Below are positions 13,246 to 24,325 of a stretch of DNA of 64,000 bases, piece by piece. This DNA comes from Octopus vulgaris (lineage: Eukaryota): NCBI GenBank assembly GCA_951406725.2, contig OX597818.1:104594001-104658000 (forward strand), written 5' to 3'. The notes under the pieces are model-generated. The model was not told the origin of the DNA and ran no database searches. It saw nothing but the letters and a program-made list of their open reading frames with translations. The first letter of the stretch is position 1, and every line of letters starts with the position of its first letter. The translations under genes were made by a program, and so were the position numbers.

Positions 13246-13672
13246 CATCGCTCTATCTGTCGCTTTCCCTCTTTCTCATTCTCTACTGCCCGCACGTAAC
13301 CCGTGACTAATTTTCTCATCTCTGCATTTTCGCCACCGGACGCTTAGGTTGCTGGTTAACATTTATCTCTTCACTTGCTATTTCTCTTTTGATATCCATA
13401 AAAGGTTTCTTCTAGGCGTTACCTGTCTCCGTCTATCGTTTCAAATAACTTATGTTTACCTTCGTACGTATTCTTTTGTATTCTTTTCTTTGCTCAAGCC
13501 ATGATTCTCTGCAATTTTTGCAGGTGCCGCTGATATAGGAAGTTCTCAGTCTAATCGTTAAATAAATGCATGAAACAGCGTATCAGAATTTTGGTCGAAA
13601 ACTGAGACGAATTAGGGTCCTTCTGTGTCTGTTTTACGCGAACGTTTTGCAGTATTTAATGCTTTTTACATT

Positions 13673-13753
<81 letters not shown>

Positions 13754-13759
13754 GGGGGG

Positions 13760-14015
13760 GGTTGCTTTCAGGTTCCCTCGATCAAATCTTCGGTTGGCCC
13801 GAGGCTATAGCAGAAAACACTTGACCAGGGTGATCACGTGACAATCTTGTGTTGCTGTGTTTATGTGCCTGTAACTTAGCAGTTCAGCAAAAGATACCGT
13901 TGCAATAAGTACTAGGATTTTAAAAAATAAACAGTGAAGTTGGGTCGTTCGACTAAAATTCCTCAACGAGGTATTCCAGCATGGCCGCAATTTAATGAAT
14001 GAAGCAAGTAAAAAA
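13760..14015. mobile_element. Degenerate SINE-B with 5' part inverted relative to 3' part
   Basis: 13760-13830 matches the B 5' half on minus; 13840-14015 matches the B 3' half on plus. Confidence 0.55.
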
Positions 14016-15692
14016 GAAAAGAATACGTCTGGCTTTTTGCCGACCAAAACCGACCACATGATTTTGGTCAACCCAGCGCTATAGCATAAAATACTTGGGC
14101 AAGTGGGTCAGGACAGAGAAAGGTTGGTTGGATGCACCAACCGTAAACAAAATTGATGAGAAGTGTGGGAGAAGATATTTCAATAACGAATGCATGAGAC
14201 CAGCCAGATTCCAGGAACTGAGGCTGCACTAACTATTTTGTACGGTTATTCTTAAAGTATGACACTCGTTTTAATTTATCTTGCAGACACTAACTTACAG
14301 ATGCATATATTTAAATTGAATATCAACAGCTTCAATCACACACGCTTGGGAAGATTTTCAAAAGTACTAAACTCTTGACCACCTACGCTGATTATCATAT
14401 CCGATAAAGTTAAGATGTTTGAGCTGCAAGCTAGGAACAAACTTAAGACAGACATTTAATTCTCTAATATTCTTTAATGTTTTTCATTCCCGTGAGCATT
14501 CAACTTACGTTTTACTGCAGGACATGTCAGTTTATATCGAATAAATCATGATAAAGCTTAACAATTCTTATTTAGCTTTTATATCAATTCAGATGTAAAA
14601 AGAAGCTCAGCCAACATAATATTTATGCCAACCATAAACTTAATGCGGAAAACGTCACTTGTAAATGATTGAGCAGATAAATTATTGGACGGCATTCTCC
14701 AGGGTCATGATTTATATCCATCCGTGGTTTCGTAGAACACCATAATCGGCATGCCTCACTTCAGCTACCTATCAACTAGAGATACCAGATACTCTGCCGT
14801 CTTATATAGGTGGATATTCAGCTCTTAACGACCTAATATTACGAAATCCGGTGCTAAAATATGCACCAATAATTCTTACGGTTTTCTACACAATGTATTT
14901 ATCGTATTATTCATTTCATACTAAACTATACTAATTATATGCCACAGCAATCACTGACAAGTGAATATAATATAGCAATACATACCATGCTTTCGTTGTC
15001 TTAGGTGTCTATGTAATCAAGAGCAGGCACAGACACCCTCTTGACCTGTCTACCTTTAATCTATCAAGAATTTTACAGCTGGAGGAAGAGAAGGCTTCCC
15101 AAGTAGTCAGCTGGTATTGATTTCCAGCTGTTTAAGCTGGAACAACATGAAATGAAAAGCCTTGCTTAAGGATTCAACGCACCGCTCAGTCCAGTACATA
15201 CATCAAGCCCGTGACATTCTGGTCGGGAGCCTAACGCAGCTGTCCAGTAGGCCACATTCTACGCTAATTATATATACTGTTTTAATTATATACTTTCCTT
15301 CGACCGGTCATATTTTTCTTTTATAGTCCTCTCAAGTCAAATTATTGAGTGTTGGATGACCTTTGTTATCGTATTTCGGTTTCTTCCTTTACATCAAATT
15401 CTTTTTCGTTTTCTTTCCACTCTTCTGGGACCCATAAACCAAGTAGATGCAATATACAAGTGACAATCAATAGACTATAACCGCCTTCATTAGAATAATA
15501 GTCTTCATACCGGAATAAGAAATAAATCTTCTATGAATTTCAAGGACGAATACAGAAGTAAACTAGCACACTGCTGAAACTACGTTGCGGTTTCAATTCC
15601 CACTCGTGAACAATTTCATTTCTTTTAGCATCACTAATGTCACAACATCTAGTTTACTTTCTTGTTTTTGCTAAATATAAAATATTCTATAT

Positions 15693-15846
15693 TACTTACA
15701 TTATTTACATTATTTACATTCGACGGATATTTGTCCTCATCTTGTTTGTTGTTAACACAACGTTTCGGCTGATATGCTCTCCAGCCTTCTTCAGGTGTCT
15801 TGGGGAAATATAGAACCCGGGTTCTCATTCCTAAGGTATTCTTTGG

Positions 15847-15907
<61 letters not shown>

Positions 15908-15989
15908 GTGTTAACAGCAAACAAGATGAGGACAAATATCTGTCGAATGTAAAGAATGTAAAGAATGTACATAATTCCTCATTTCTTAA
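15693..15989 (-). mobile_element. Family C element (headless, hammerhead-bearing) plus inverted tail copy at 15908-15989
   Basis: Minus strand matches the 22430-22590 body; plus-strand GTGTTAACAGCAAACAAGATGAGG.. repeats the tail in opposite orientation. Confidence 0.88.
15754..15799 (-). ncRNA. Minimal type I hammerhead ribozyme
   Basis: GACAC-CUGAAGA-A-GGCUG(GAGAGCAUAU)CAGCC-GAAA-CG-UU-GUGUU: intact core, 5-bp stems I and II, palindromic stem III ACGU. Confidence 0.75.
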
Positions 15990-16965
15990 TTTCTTTTAGC
16001 CTTCGGGCTAAAACATTTTTAAGGATTTATAGAACTATAGAGTATTCTAAGTTTATTAAAGCAAAAAAAACAAAAGCGAAGTTCACAGTGAATAAAGTTC
16101 ATTTGTCATGAAGTGTGAAAGTGCTGGGTTTAATCTCTTCCTCTGAGAAGGAAGAAAGCAGCACAATGTCCAAGAAAGAAGCACCAATTTATCTTTCTTT
16201 CTTCAATCTTAGATAAAAGGAAGTACTTGGAGCATTAAACTGTATATCCACACGGCAAATGAACTACACATATTTTAAACTTTCTCAATGATTGATTCTG
16301 GAAACGATTGTGGCTAAAAACTAGCTCCACACTCCTAAGAATCCTCGAACTCCCGATGCAGAGCAACACTACCGGATGCAGTTTAAAGTAATACATCTTA
16401 GCCATTATTGCACCCTGATCTACTTTGGCCTAGAGTAGTAACACATCCCAGGCTCCCGGCTACGAATTAAACAACATCTAACCACCCAAACCAGGGTACG
16501 TTCTAATCATAGGATGCAGTATGGCGGATGTAAACTATTTTCGGTAAATGAATTTAAAGAATCAATGACGAATATCTCTTGATGCTGAGCAGATGAAAAA
16601 AACAACAACCTGACAACGGTCAGCATCAACCAGTTTAGTTTGTAAAATACTGCTATCATATGTAATCGTGGCGGGCGCAGATGAGGTATTTCAGCTAACG
16701 AAAGACCAAGGTGACTAAAACTCAAACCAAACATTCATACCGCATTACTCGATCACGACATCGCCTGGAAGAATTGCATTGCTCCGGGAAAGTCGTTGAA
16801 CGGGAATTATGAAGACGGCTGACTGATTTCTACTGACCCAAGCCATTACCAGTTTCCTCGGATTCCGATGTTCACCCTAGAGTAAAATAATGTCAGTAAC
16901 TTTTTTTTTTAGTATTACTAATGTCACAACTTCTAGTTTACTTTCTTTTTTGTTAAATATAAAGT

Positions 16966-17180
16966 TTTACGGAGATGTACATGCATAGCAAGTGACCTGA
17001 CCTGAGATCGTGTGCTGGAACGAAAACAATTGCAGCGTGGAAGGTGTTTATAAGCCATTTAAGAAACACGCAAAATCCGTTAGATTTACTTCAACATTTA
17101 AATTTAAATGTTGAAGTGAATCTAACGGATGTTGTGTGTTTCTTAAATGGCTTATAAACACCTTCCACGCTGCAATTGTT
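16966..17180. mobile_element. Short insertion containing a 156-bp near-perfect palindrome (17025-17180)
   Basis: aacaattgcagcgtgg...ccacgctgcaattgtt with 78-bp arms; 14-bp TSD gttaaatat(a/g)aagt at 16952-16965 and 17178-17191. Confidence 0.8.
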
Positions 17181-17465
17181 AAATATGAAGTATTCTATGT
17201 TTATTGGGGGGAAAAAAGCGAAGTTCATAGTGAATAAAGTTCATTTGTCATGGAAAGTGAAAGTGCTGGGTTTGTTACAAATCAACGAACTGTAACAACT
17301 TATGGAGAAGATAAAATGAAATAAGGAAGCTGGAGATAATTGAATCGTAAGATTCGTAATTAGAATGAATCATGATTTTTCTCAGTTCACATCTTGTCAA
17401 CGACTCAGTAATGAGACTTAAGCACTTTAACCTTAAAAGCCCTATTTATCCACCCGTAAAAGACG

Positions 17466-17777
17466 GTTTTGTTTTGTTTGTTTCTTCTCGAGCCATGCAT
17501 TGCTCATAAGGGCCGGTTTCCCGGTTTCCTTGGCGTATAGGTTCCCCACCTGGGCGGGACGCCGGTCCATCGCAGGTGAGCTGCAAGATGCAGGAGGAAA
17601 GAGTGAGAGAAAGTTGTGGCGAAAGAGTCAGCAAAAGTTCGCCATTGTCTTCTGCTGGAGCCGCGTGGAGCTTAGGTGTTTCGCTCATAAACACACACAT
17701 CACCCGGTCTGAAATTCGAACCCGCGATAAACTTGACTGCGAATCCGCTGCTCTAACCACTAGGCCTTGTGCCTCCA
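17466..17777 (-). mobile_element. SINE family D (tRNA-Arg-like head), full length
   Basis: GGCCTAGTGGTTAGAGCAGCGGATTCGCAG..GCGGGTTCGAATTTCAGACC head; tail GGCTCGAGAAGAAACAAAC; matches 60815-61085. Confidence 0.9.
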
Positions 17778-17853
17778 CCGTAAAGGACTGTAGGAATGTA
17801 AAATTAAGGAGTACTATGTTAGGTGACTGGTCTCAATTCAAAGCTCCATCCCT

Positions 17854-17922
<69 letters not shown>

Positions 17923-18122
17923 GCATGTGTCTGTCTGTGTGTGTGCATGTGTCTGTAGAAAACTATGCTGTCAAGGGAGAAGAACCGGTCCATAACGTTT
18001 CTCATTTCTACTGAAAAGGATTATTTAAAGCTACGTCCGTCTCAATTAGTTTCAATCATAGAAACAGTATAGAGAGGAATGTGTAGGTCCAGGAGTGGCT
18101 ATGTGGTAAGTAGCTTGGTTAC

Positions 18123-20351
18123 AGGTTGCTTCTGCGCATGTGCGAGTCAGTGTTGTGTTTGGCACTGAAGCGGTGAAGACGTGCTTTTGAAGCCGTCTTG
18201 AATTGAAAATTTTTGAAGCCCCATTGTAAGGTAAGATTCTGTTTTCTGGGTCCAGTGGGAGTTTTTGTTGAAAATTGTTTTTTACAGGCAGGAAGTTCTA
18301 CTGGATTCAGAATTCAGATTCTGCCGACATGGGGCAAATATATTTTTCTCGCTGAATTGTGAGAATTTGGGGGGGGGGGGCGTATTCGTCTTCGATAATT
18401 GAGTGAATATTTTTCTCACCTAATTACGAGAATTGTATTGTGCTGTGAAGAACTTTAAGAATTGTGAGAACTGTTATATAGGGGAGTGTTTTGCCTCCGA
18501 AGTTTGAACAATTTTTACCAATTTTACACCAATTTTTGTGGAAGTTGTGTTCCAGTTGCGGCGTTCCGGGTTCAATTTAGGCCGGGAGTACCGAATGGCC
18601 AGAAGGTTTTTGTTGTGTTATTGACTTTCTTTTTAACTTTATTTGACTTTCTCCTTCTTTGTTCATTGTAACTTTCCTCTGATTTCTTTTTCTTCTCGCT
18701 TTTTAAGTTTTATTTTGAATATATTTAAAAAAAAGAAAAAAAAACATGGCAAGGAAAAATTACAAAATTTTGGAATGGGAGATCATACCGCCTAAAAAGT
18801 GGTTAAAAGACCGTGAAGATAGGACGGTGGTGTTGAGAACCTACTCCAAGGCACTCGACACCATCGACCTGTTCGAAAAGACGGCAATTGAAAAGGAGTT
18901 TGCAGAGTATTTGCCAACAATTAAATTCATTTCCAGGGTGTCAAATATGCAACGGTGTGGTTGCTATTTGACACCTCTGAAGAGGCTTGCAAATTTGCTA
19001 GTGAACCTCTGGAGGGTAAGGAAATTTTATTCCTGCCCACGTACCAAAAAAAGAGACTGACGAAAGCTTGGATTTGCGGGCTGCCATCCCGAGTGGATAG
19101 AGGAGACTATCCGCCGGGGTCTGGGTGGCAGCGAAACTAAGCTCCTTAATGTGAAAGTTCTTCCTGCGGCTGCTTGGGTTGGGTCAAAAGCAATTTTGAC
19201 CCTTTGGACCCAATCAGCCAATCTGGTTCTTCCAGATTTTTTGAAAATGGCCGGGTGCAGGTACCCAGTGATGCTTGAGGGTCGCCCCCCTAAGTGTCAT
19301 CGGTGCTTGGAGTCCGGCCATATAAAGAACTGTCCCCGGGAACAAAATAGGATCCCGGAACAGTTAAGTGAAACCCCTGTAGAAGAGGGAATGATAACGG
19401 CCGAGGAAGCAGAGGACTCCTCAAACAGAGGCCGAAAGAGGAAGGTGAGCAACAATGGGTGCTCACCAAAGGATACTAGGGATGAGGAGGGAAAGGCGAA
19501 TCTTCCGGCCACGGAGGAGACACACCCTCCCTCAGTTGAATAGAAAAAAAAGAAAAGAGGAAGAGAAACGAGACATTACCGGCTGTCGGTGACATAGCAC
19601 CGGAATGTCCCGGAACTACGTCGGTTGGGGTTGTGCCACCGACAGGAGAAGAAATACCGTTGGCGGGAACTGTGCCGCCAACGAAAGAATTGAATATCCC
19701 GCACCCGAGCAAAAACGAGGTATTGATCCTCTTCCATAGAAGCGGAGAGATTGAAAAGGTGATGGAAAAGCACCACAAGGGAGCACCTTTAGCCTTCACA
19801 CAGGACCCGAATGGCCTCCGCAGGTAGCTGTGGAGGCCGTGGCGTTCGACGTGACGCTTGGGCTGAAGGAGCTCAATGAGGATTATAGCTTGGTCCCGGG
19901 CGACGCTAACTCGGAACTCGATTACGTTCTGAGGGAGGCGTGGTGGATGGTGGAGGATGCGGGCACAAGTTATTTCGAGGACGAGTCAAATTGTGATACG
20001 ACTTGAGGGGCCCCGACCTGGAACTGGCGCATTCCTAAGGGAAGTGTAAGCCAGGTCTGGGAGGAGGGGCTTTGTGTATTGTATTTATATATGTAATTAT
20101 TGAACTATGTTGTTATTAGTAATGGACTGCTAAGTCCAAAAATTGAAAAAATTGTAAGAGGTTTAATACATCGTTTTGTGTTTGTTTTTAAAAGAACAAT
20201 GTTTTAGAGAAGCAGAAGTCGGCGGGCGTTTTTTGTCTTCTCCCATCCCCATCATCTTTCTTTCATTATCATTCACTTCATTAATGTCCTCGTCCAGCCC
20301 GCAAAGCTAACTTACTCTATGTACTGCCTTTATGGCAAATGTTATGAAATA
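18123..20351 (+). mobile_element. ORF1-only (HAL1-like) non-autonomous retrotransposon of L1/Tx1 type
   Basis: 15-bp TSD AAGTAGCTTG(G/C)TTAC at 18108-18122 and 20352-20366; ~620-nt 5'UTR; single frameshifted ORF1; no RT or endonuclease; 3' hairpin TGCC-TTTAT-GGCA (20325-20337) then AATAAA abutting the TSD. Confidence 0.85.
18746..20006 (+). pseudogene. Frameshifted L1/Tx1-type ORF1 (RRM-like region + CCHC zinc knuckle + low-complexity tail)
   Basis: ORF pieces 18746-19060, 18955-19140, 19151-19543 and 19633-19827 join into one protein; motif YPVMLEGRPPKCHRCLESGHIK-NCP; last frame ends ..EDESNCDTT* at 20006. Confidence 0.8.
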
Positions 20352-20508
20352 AAGTAGCTTGCTTACCAACCACATGGTTCCGGGTTCAGTCCCACTGCGT
20401 GGCACCTTGGGCAAGTGTCTTCTACTATAGCCTCGGGCCGACCAAAGCCTTGTGAGTGGATTTGGCAGACGGAAACTGAAAGAAGCCCGTCGTATATATG
20501 TATATATG

Positions 20509-20539
<31 letters not shown>

Positions 20540-21879
20540 ATGTGTGTGTTCGTCCCCCCAACATCGCTTGACAACCGATGCTGGTGTGTTCACGTCCCTG
20601 TAACTAGGCGGTTCATCAAAAGAGACCGAGAGAATAAGTACTAGGCTTACAAAGAATAAGTCCTGGGGTCGGTTTGCTCAACTAAAGGCGGTGCTCCAGC
20701 ATGGCCGCAGTCAAACGACTGAAACAAGTAAAAGAGTAAAAGAGTATATCTATCCTAGATTCCTTAACTATGTAAATCAAAGTGATGTAGTTAGAACCAC
20801 AATCCAAACTGCAGCATACCTCTATTTCATGGCATTACGTCTATTAGTTACCAAATCAACGTGCTAAACTAGTATACCTGATACTTGTACTAATTCTTTT
20901 ATGGTAGTTATTGATGTGTTGACCATATGGCTTCAGTGAACGAATCATTGTCCTTTAGTCAGCTGTAAAATCCAATTAAAGTCAATAATGATGAATATGA
21001 TGGAGGCGATGGGGGACGTGTAGAAACGTGTGAATAAAAATAAACATTGTTTGACCTACATCTCTCATCCAATTAAATATGACACATAGGATTTCAACCA
21101 ATTAACGCAGACGAATCAAGTTCGATTTCCATTTGTTTTATAATCTGTGAGTGAAAGGAATGGTGAAGTTAGTGAGCAAAACAGAAGAGAGACAGAGAGA
21201 GAGTGAGAGAGACTGAAAGAGAGAGATAGGGTAGAGAGGAAAGCGAGGCGTTGAGAGATAAGAGTATCACGTTATTTTGTCTCTATCAAACTATGTTACT
21301 TGAACATCAATGTAAAATATCAATGGCTGTCGACAGAATTCAGCTGTTGAGACAAATCGGTAATGTCAACCAGAGAAGTGATAAACATTCACCGCCCCCC
21401 CACCTCTCTCTCTCTCTCTCTCTGTATGTGTGTATGTATTCCAAAAGAAAAAGAAAAAGAAAATAATCAATCGCCATTTATAACAATATAATCCGGACGG
21501 AGATTATTTTGTTAGGAGCCCACAAAAATAATTGATGCTTCGTTTCGCCTTCTTTCTTCCTTGTTTTGTTTTTTTTTCGGAAATATAATCGAGAAAAAAA
21601 TAAAATATATACACACACATATATATATATATATATATACATATAAATAATTAAGAAAACAATAAAAAAAAAAACATAGAGATCAGTGTTGTTAGTTTTG
21701 TATTGAATGAATGATTTTCGTTTCCTAAACAAAACCTTTAACAAAAAAGATTTTCTGTGGTTTCCGATTTTTCTGTATTTTTTTCTTTTTTGTTTTTTCT
21801 TATTCTTTCCTGTTCTTACTCTTACCAAGAGACCAAAGAATGTTAAATCGACAAAATAATAATAATAATAAAAACATAG

Positions 21880-22200
21880 AAAAGGAGAATAAGAAGAGTG
21901 GCATAGAAACTATGAAGGTTTTGAAGCGAGTCATCGCCTCCCTCTCAATCTCCAGCTTCCTTTCCGGGTGAAGCTTGAAGAATTTACTAAGAAGCTGGCC
22001 GAAGAGGAAGGTGTCTCTCTTCAGTCCTTTCATTCTCGTCCTCCACATAATCTCTTTCTTTATAACTACCAAATAAAGGAAACCTTACCCAATGCGTATG
22101 TCGCTAGAGCTAAGGTTTACCTGAGGTATTTAGGAACTAGTTCGGGCAGGATCTTTTGGTAGAAGATATTTTAATAACGGAGGAATCGTCAATAGTAAGA
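21880..22200 (-). mobile_element. L1/Tx1-type ORF2 C-terminal fragment
   Basis: ORF 21800-22072: VVIKKEIMWRTRMKGLKRDTFLFGQLLSKFFKLH..RKLEIERE..F resembles the K..IW..R...F...W end of Tx1/L1 ORF2. Confidence 0.55.
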
Positions 22201-22210
22201 CGGTCAAATA

Positions 22211-22365
22211 CAGTACTATATTTAAGAGATGAGGAATTATGTACATTATTTACATTATTTACATTTAACGGCTATTTGTCCTCATCTTGTTTGTTGTTAT
22301 GGCGTAGTGGTTAAGAGCGCGGGCCACTAACACCAAGATTCCGAGTTCGATTCCAAGCAGTGACC

Positions 22366-22402
<37 letters not shown>

Positions 22403-22591
22403 CAACAATAACAATAACAATAACAAAAACAACATCGAAAAATACTCTAGGAATGAAAACCCAGGTTCGAAATTTCCCCAAGACACCTGATGAAGGCTGG
22501 AGGGTATATCAGCCGAAACGTTGTATTAACAACAAACAAGATGAGGACAAAGGTCTGTCAATTGTAAATAATATAAATAATGTAAATAATG
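22211..22591 (+). mobile_element. Family C: tRNA-headed SINE with hammerhead tail, preceded by inverted tail copy (22211-22299)
   Basis: A box TGGCGTAGTGG, B box GAGTTCGATTCC, (TAA)n spacer, CTGATGA..GAAAC motif, tail AACAAACAAGATGAGGACAAA..(TGTAAATAA)n. Confidence 0.9.
22482..22527 (+). ncRNA. Minimal type I hammerhead ribozyme
   Basis: GACAC-CUGAUGA-A-GGCUG(GAGGGUAUAU)CAGCC-GAAA-CG-UU-GUAUU; one stem I mismatch. Confidence 0.7.
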
Positions 22592-22920
22592 AACACGTCC
22601 AAAATCACTCGGAAAGGAACTGAAAGGATGAAATAACTGGAAGGTGGGTAGATGTGGCTAACTTCTGCAGGACAACTTCGCTGGTTTGTGCATATCTCGG
22701 CCATCTGGGTTTTCAAAAAATGAGTACTAGGTCGAGTTTCATTTTCATATTTACCGACGACCTCCAGAGACGCCTCGAAGTGCTGTTGCAGTTGAGGAGG
22801 AAGATGAGGGCGAGGACAAAGAGAAAGACAGCGATGATGGTCATAACGATGATGAGCATCATCATGATCAAGTGCACTATGGCGATGACTTTGATGGGCA
22901 TATGTGTTAATTAGTAATGC

Positions 22921-23318
22921 TCTTTTACTCTTTTCAGTCATTTGAGTGTGGCTATGCTGGAGCACCTTCTTTAGTCGAGCAAATCGACCCCAGGACTTAT
23001 TCTTTGTAAGCCTAGTACTTATTCTATCGGTCTCTTTGCCGAACAGCTAAGTTACGGGGACGTAAACACACCAGCATCGGTTGTCAAGCGATGTTGGGAG
23101 GACAAACACAGACACACAAACATATACACACACACATGTATATATACATATATACGACGGGCTTCTTTCAGTTTCCGTCTACCAAATCCACTCACAAGGC
23201 TTTGGTCGACCCGAGGCTATAGTAGAAGACACTTGCCCAAAGTGCCACGCAGTAGGACTGAACCCGGAACCATGTGGTTGGTAAGCAAGCTACTTACCAC
23301 ACAGCCACTCCTGCGCCT
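22921..23318 (-). mobile_element. SINE family B, full length
   Basis: Near-consensus copy. Confidence 0.92.
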
Positions 23319-23599
23319 GATCATTATAATTTCAGTTGTCTGGCGATTAGAGATTTTCTGTTGAAAATTGTAGCAACAACGTCGAGGAAGAGTCATTGTG
23401 GTAATTTGATAACACACAAAACTGTTAATTACCCTCCAAGCTTATTTCCTGAGGTATCAATATATTCGTCGCACTACTGCGGCCAGGTCACTAACACAGT
23501 TCCGCTGCAACTCCACTAAATTTACATTTAAAGTAAATTGAAATGTGGGTTATTAAATGCTAGAATAGCTTTGCCACGATGTGGTTGGATCGTCAAAAT

Positions 23600-23994
23600 A
23601 TTCATCATGATTGTGACGAAAACTATAATGATGGTGATAATGATGACGATGAGGATTATGTTAATGATGGCAACGATGATGACGACGACAATGATGAAGC
23701 TGACGATAATAATGATAATGATGATAACGATGACGACGGTGATGATGAAGGTGATGAGGATGATGATGAGTATGTTGATGGAATAATGATGATGATGATG
23801 ACAATGATGATGACAACCATGACGACGACAGCGATAATGATAATGAGAGCCATGATGACGACAGCGATGTTGATGATGATTAAGATGATAAACTTGAACA
23901 GTTTTGTGGCTTATGAAATGCTAGAATGGTTTTTACATAATTTTAAATATGATAGTGATGATAATGACGATGTTGACGATGATGGTGACGATGT

Positions 23995-24072
<78 letters not shown>

Positions 24073-24142
24073 CGATGATGACGACGATGGTGACGACGAT
24101 GGTGATGATGATGGTGACGATGATGGTAACGATGATGGTGAC

Positions 24143-24184
<42 letters not shown>

Positions 24185-24325
24185 AACGACGGTGACGATG
24201 GTGTCGACGACGACGACTACGGAGTCGTCAGCGATGGTGATGACAATGAAAGTTTGTGCCGATGACTGATTATGATCACACTGCTGATGGTGCCGATGAT
24301 GATGATGATGGAGATGACGATGAGT
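23600..24325. repeat. Degenerate (GAT)n trinucleotide tract
   Basis: Direct inspection. Confidence 0.95.

Larger units (their letters stand above)
18085..20745 (+). mobile_element. SINE family B split by an insertion (head 18085-18122; remainder 20352-20745)
   Basis: GGAGTGGCTATGTGGTAAGTAGCTTGGTTAC resumes as AAGTAGCTTGCTTACCAACCACATGG.. after 2.2 kb. Confidence 0.92.

Noticed and set aside
15994-16013. Perfect cUUCGg tetraloop hairpin as an independent structured RNA
   Set aside because: Matches the extreme 3' end of the CR1/L2-like LINE at 50818-50846; it is a tiny truncated insertion.
20560-20585. TTGACAA in SINE-B as a U3-A8 hammerhead core
   Set aside because: It is the loop of a CATCG/CGATG hairpin with no stem II plus GAAA following.
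22298-22366. tRNA-like sequences as true tRNA genes (also heads of A, B, D, E)
   Set aside because: Acceptor stems are broken and each continues into a SINE body.
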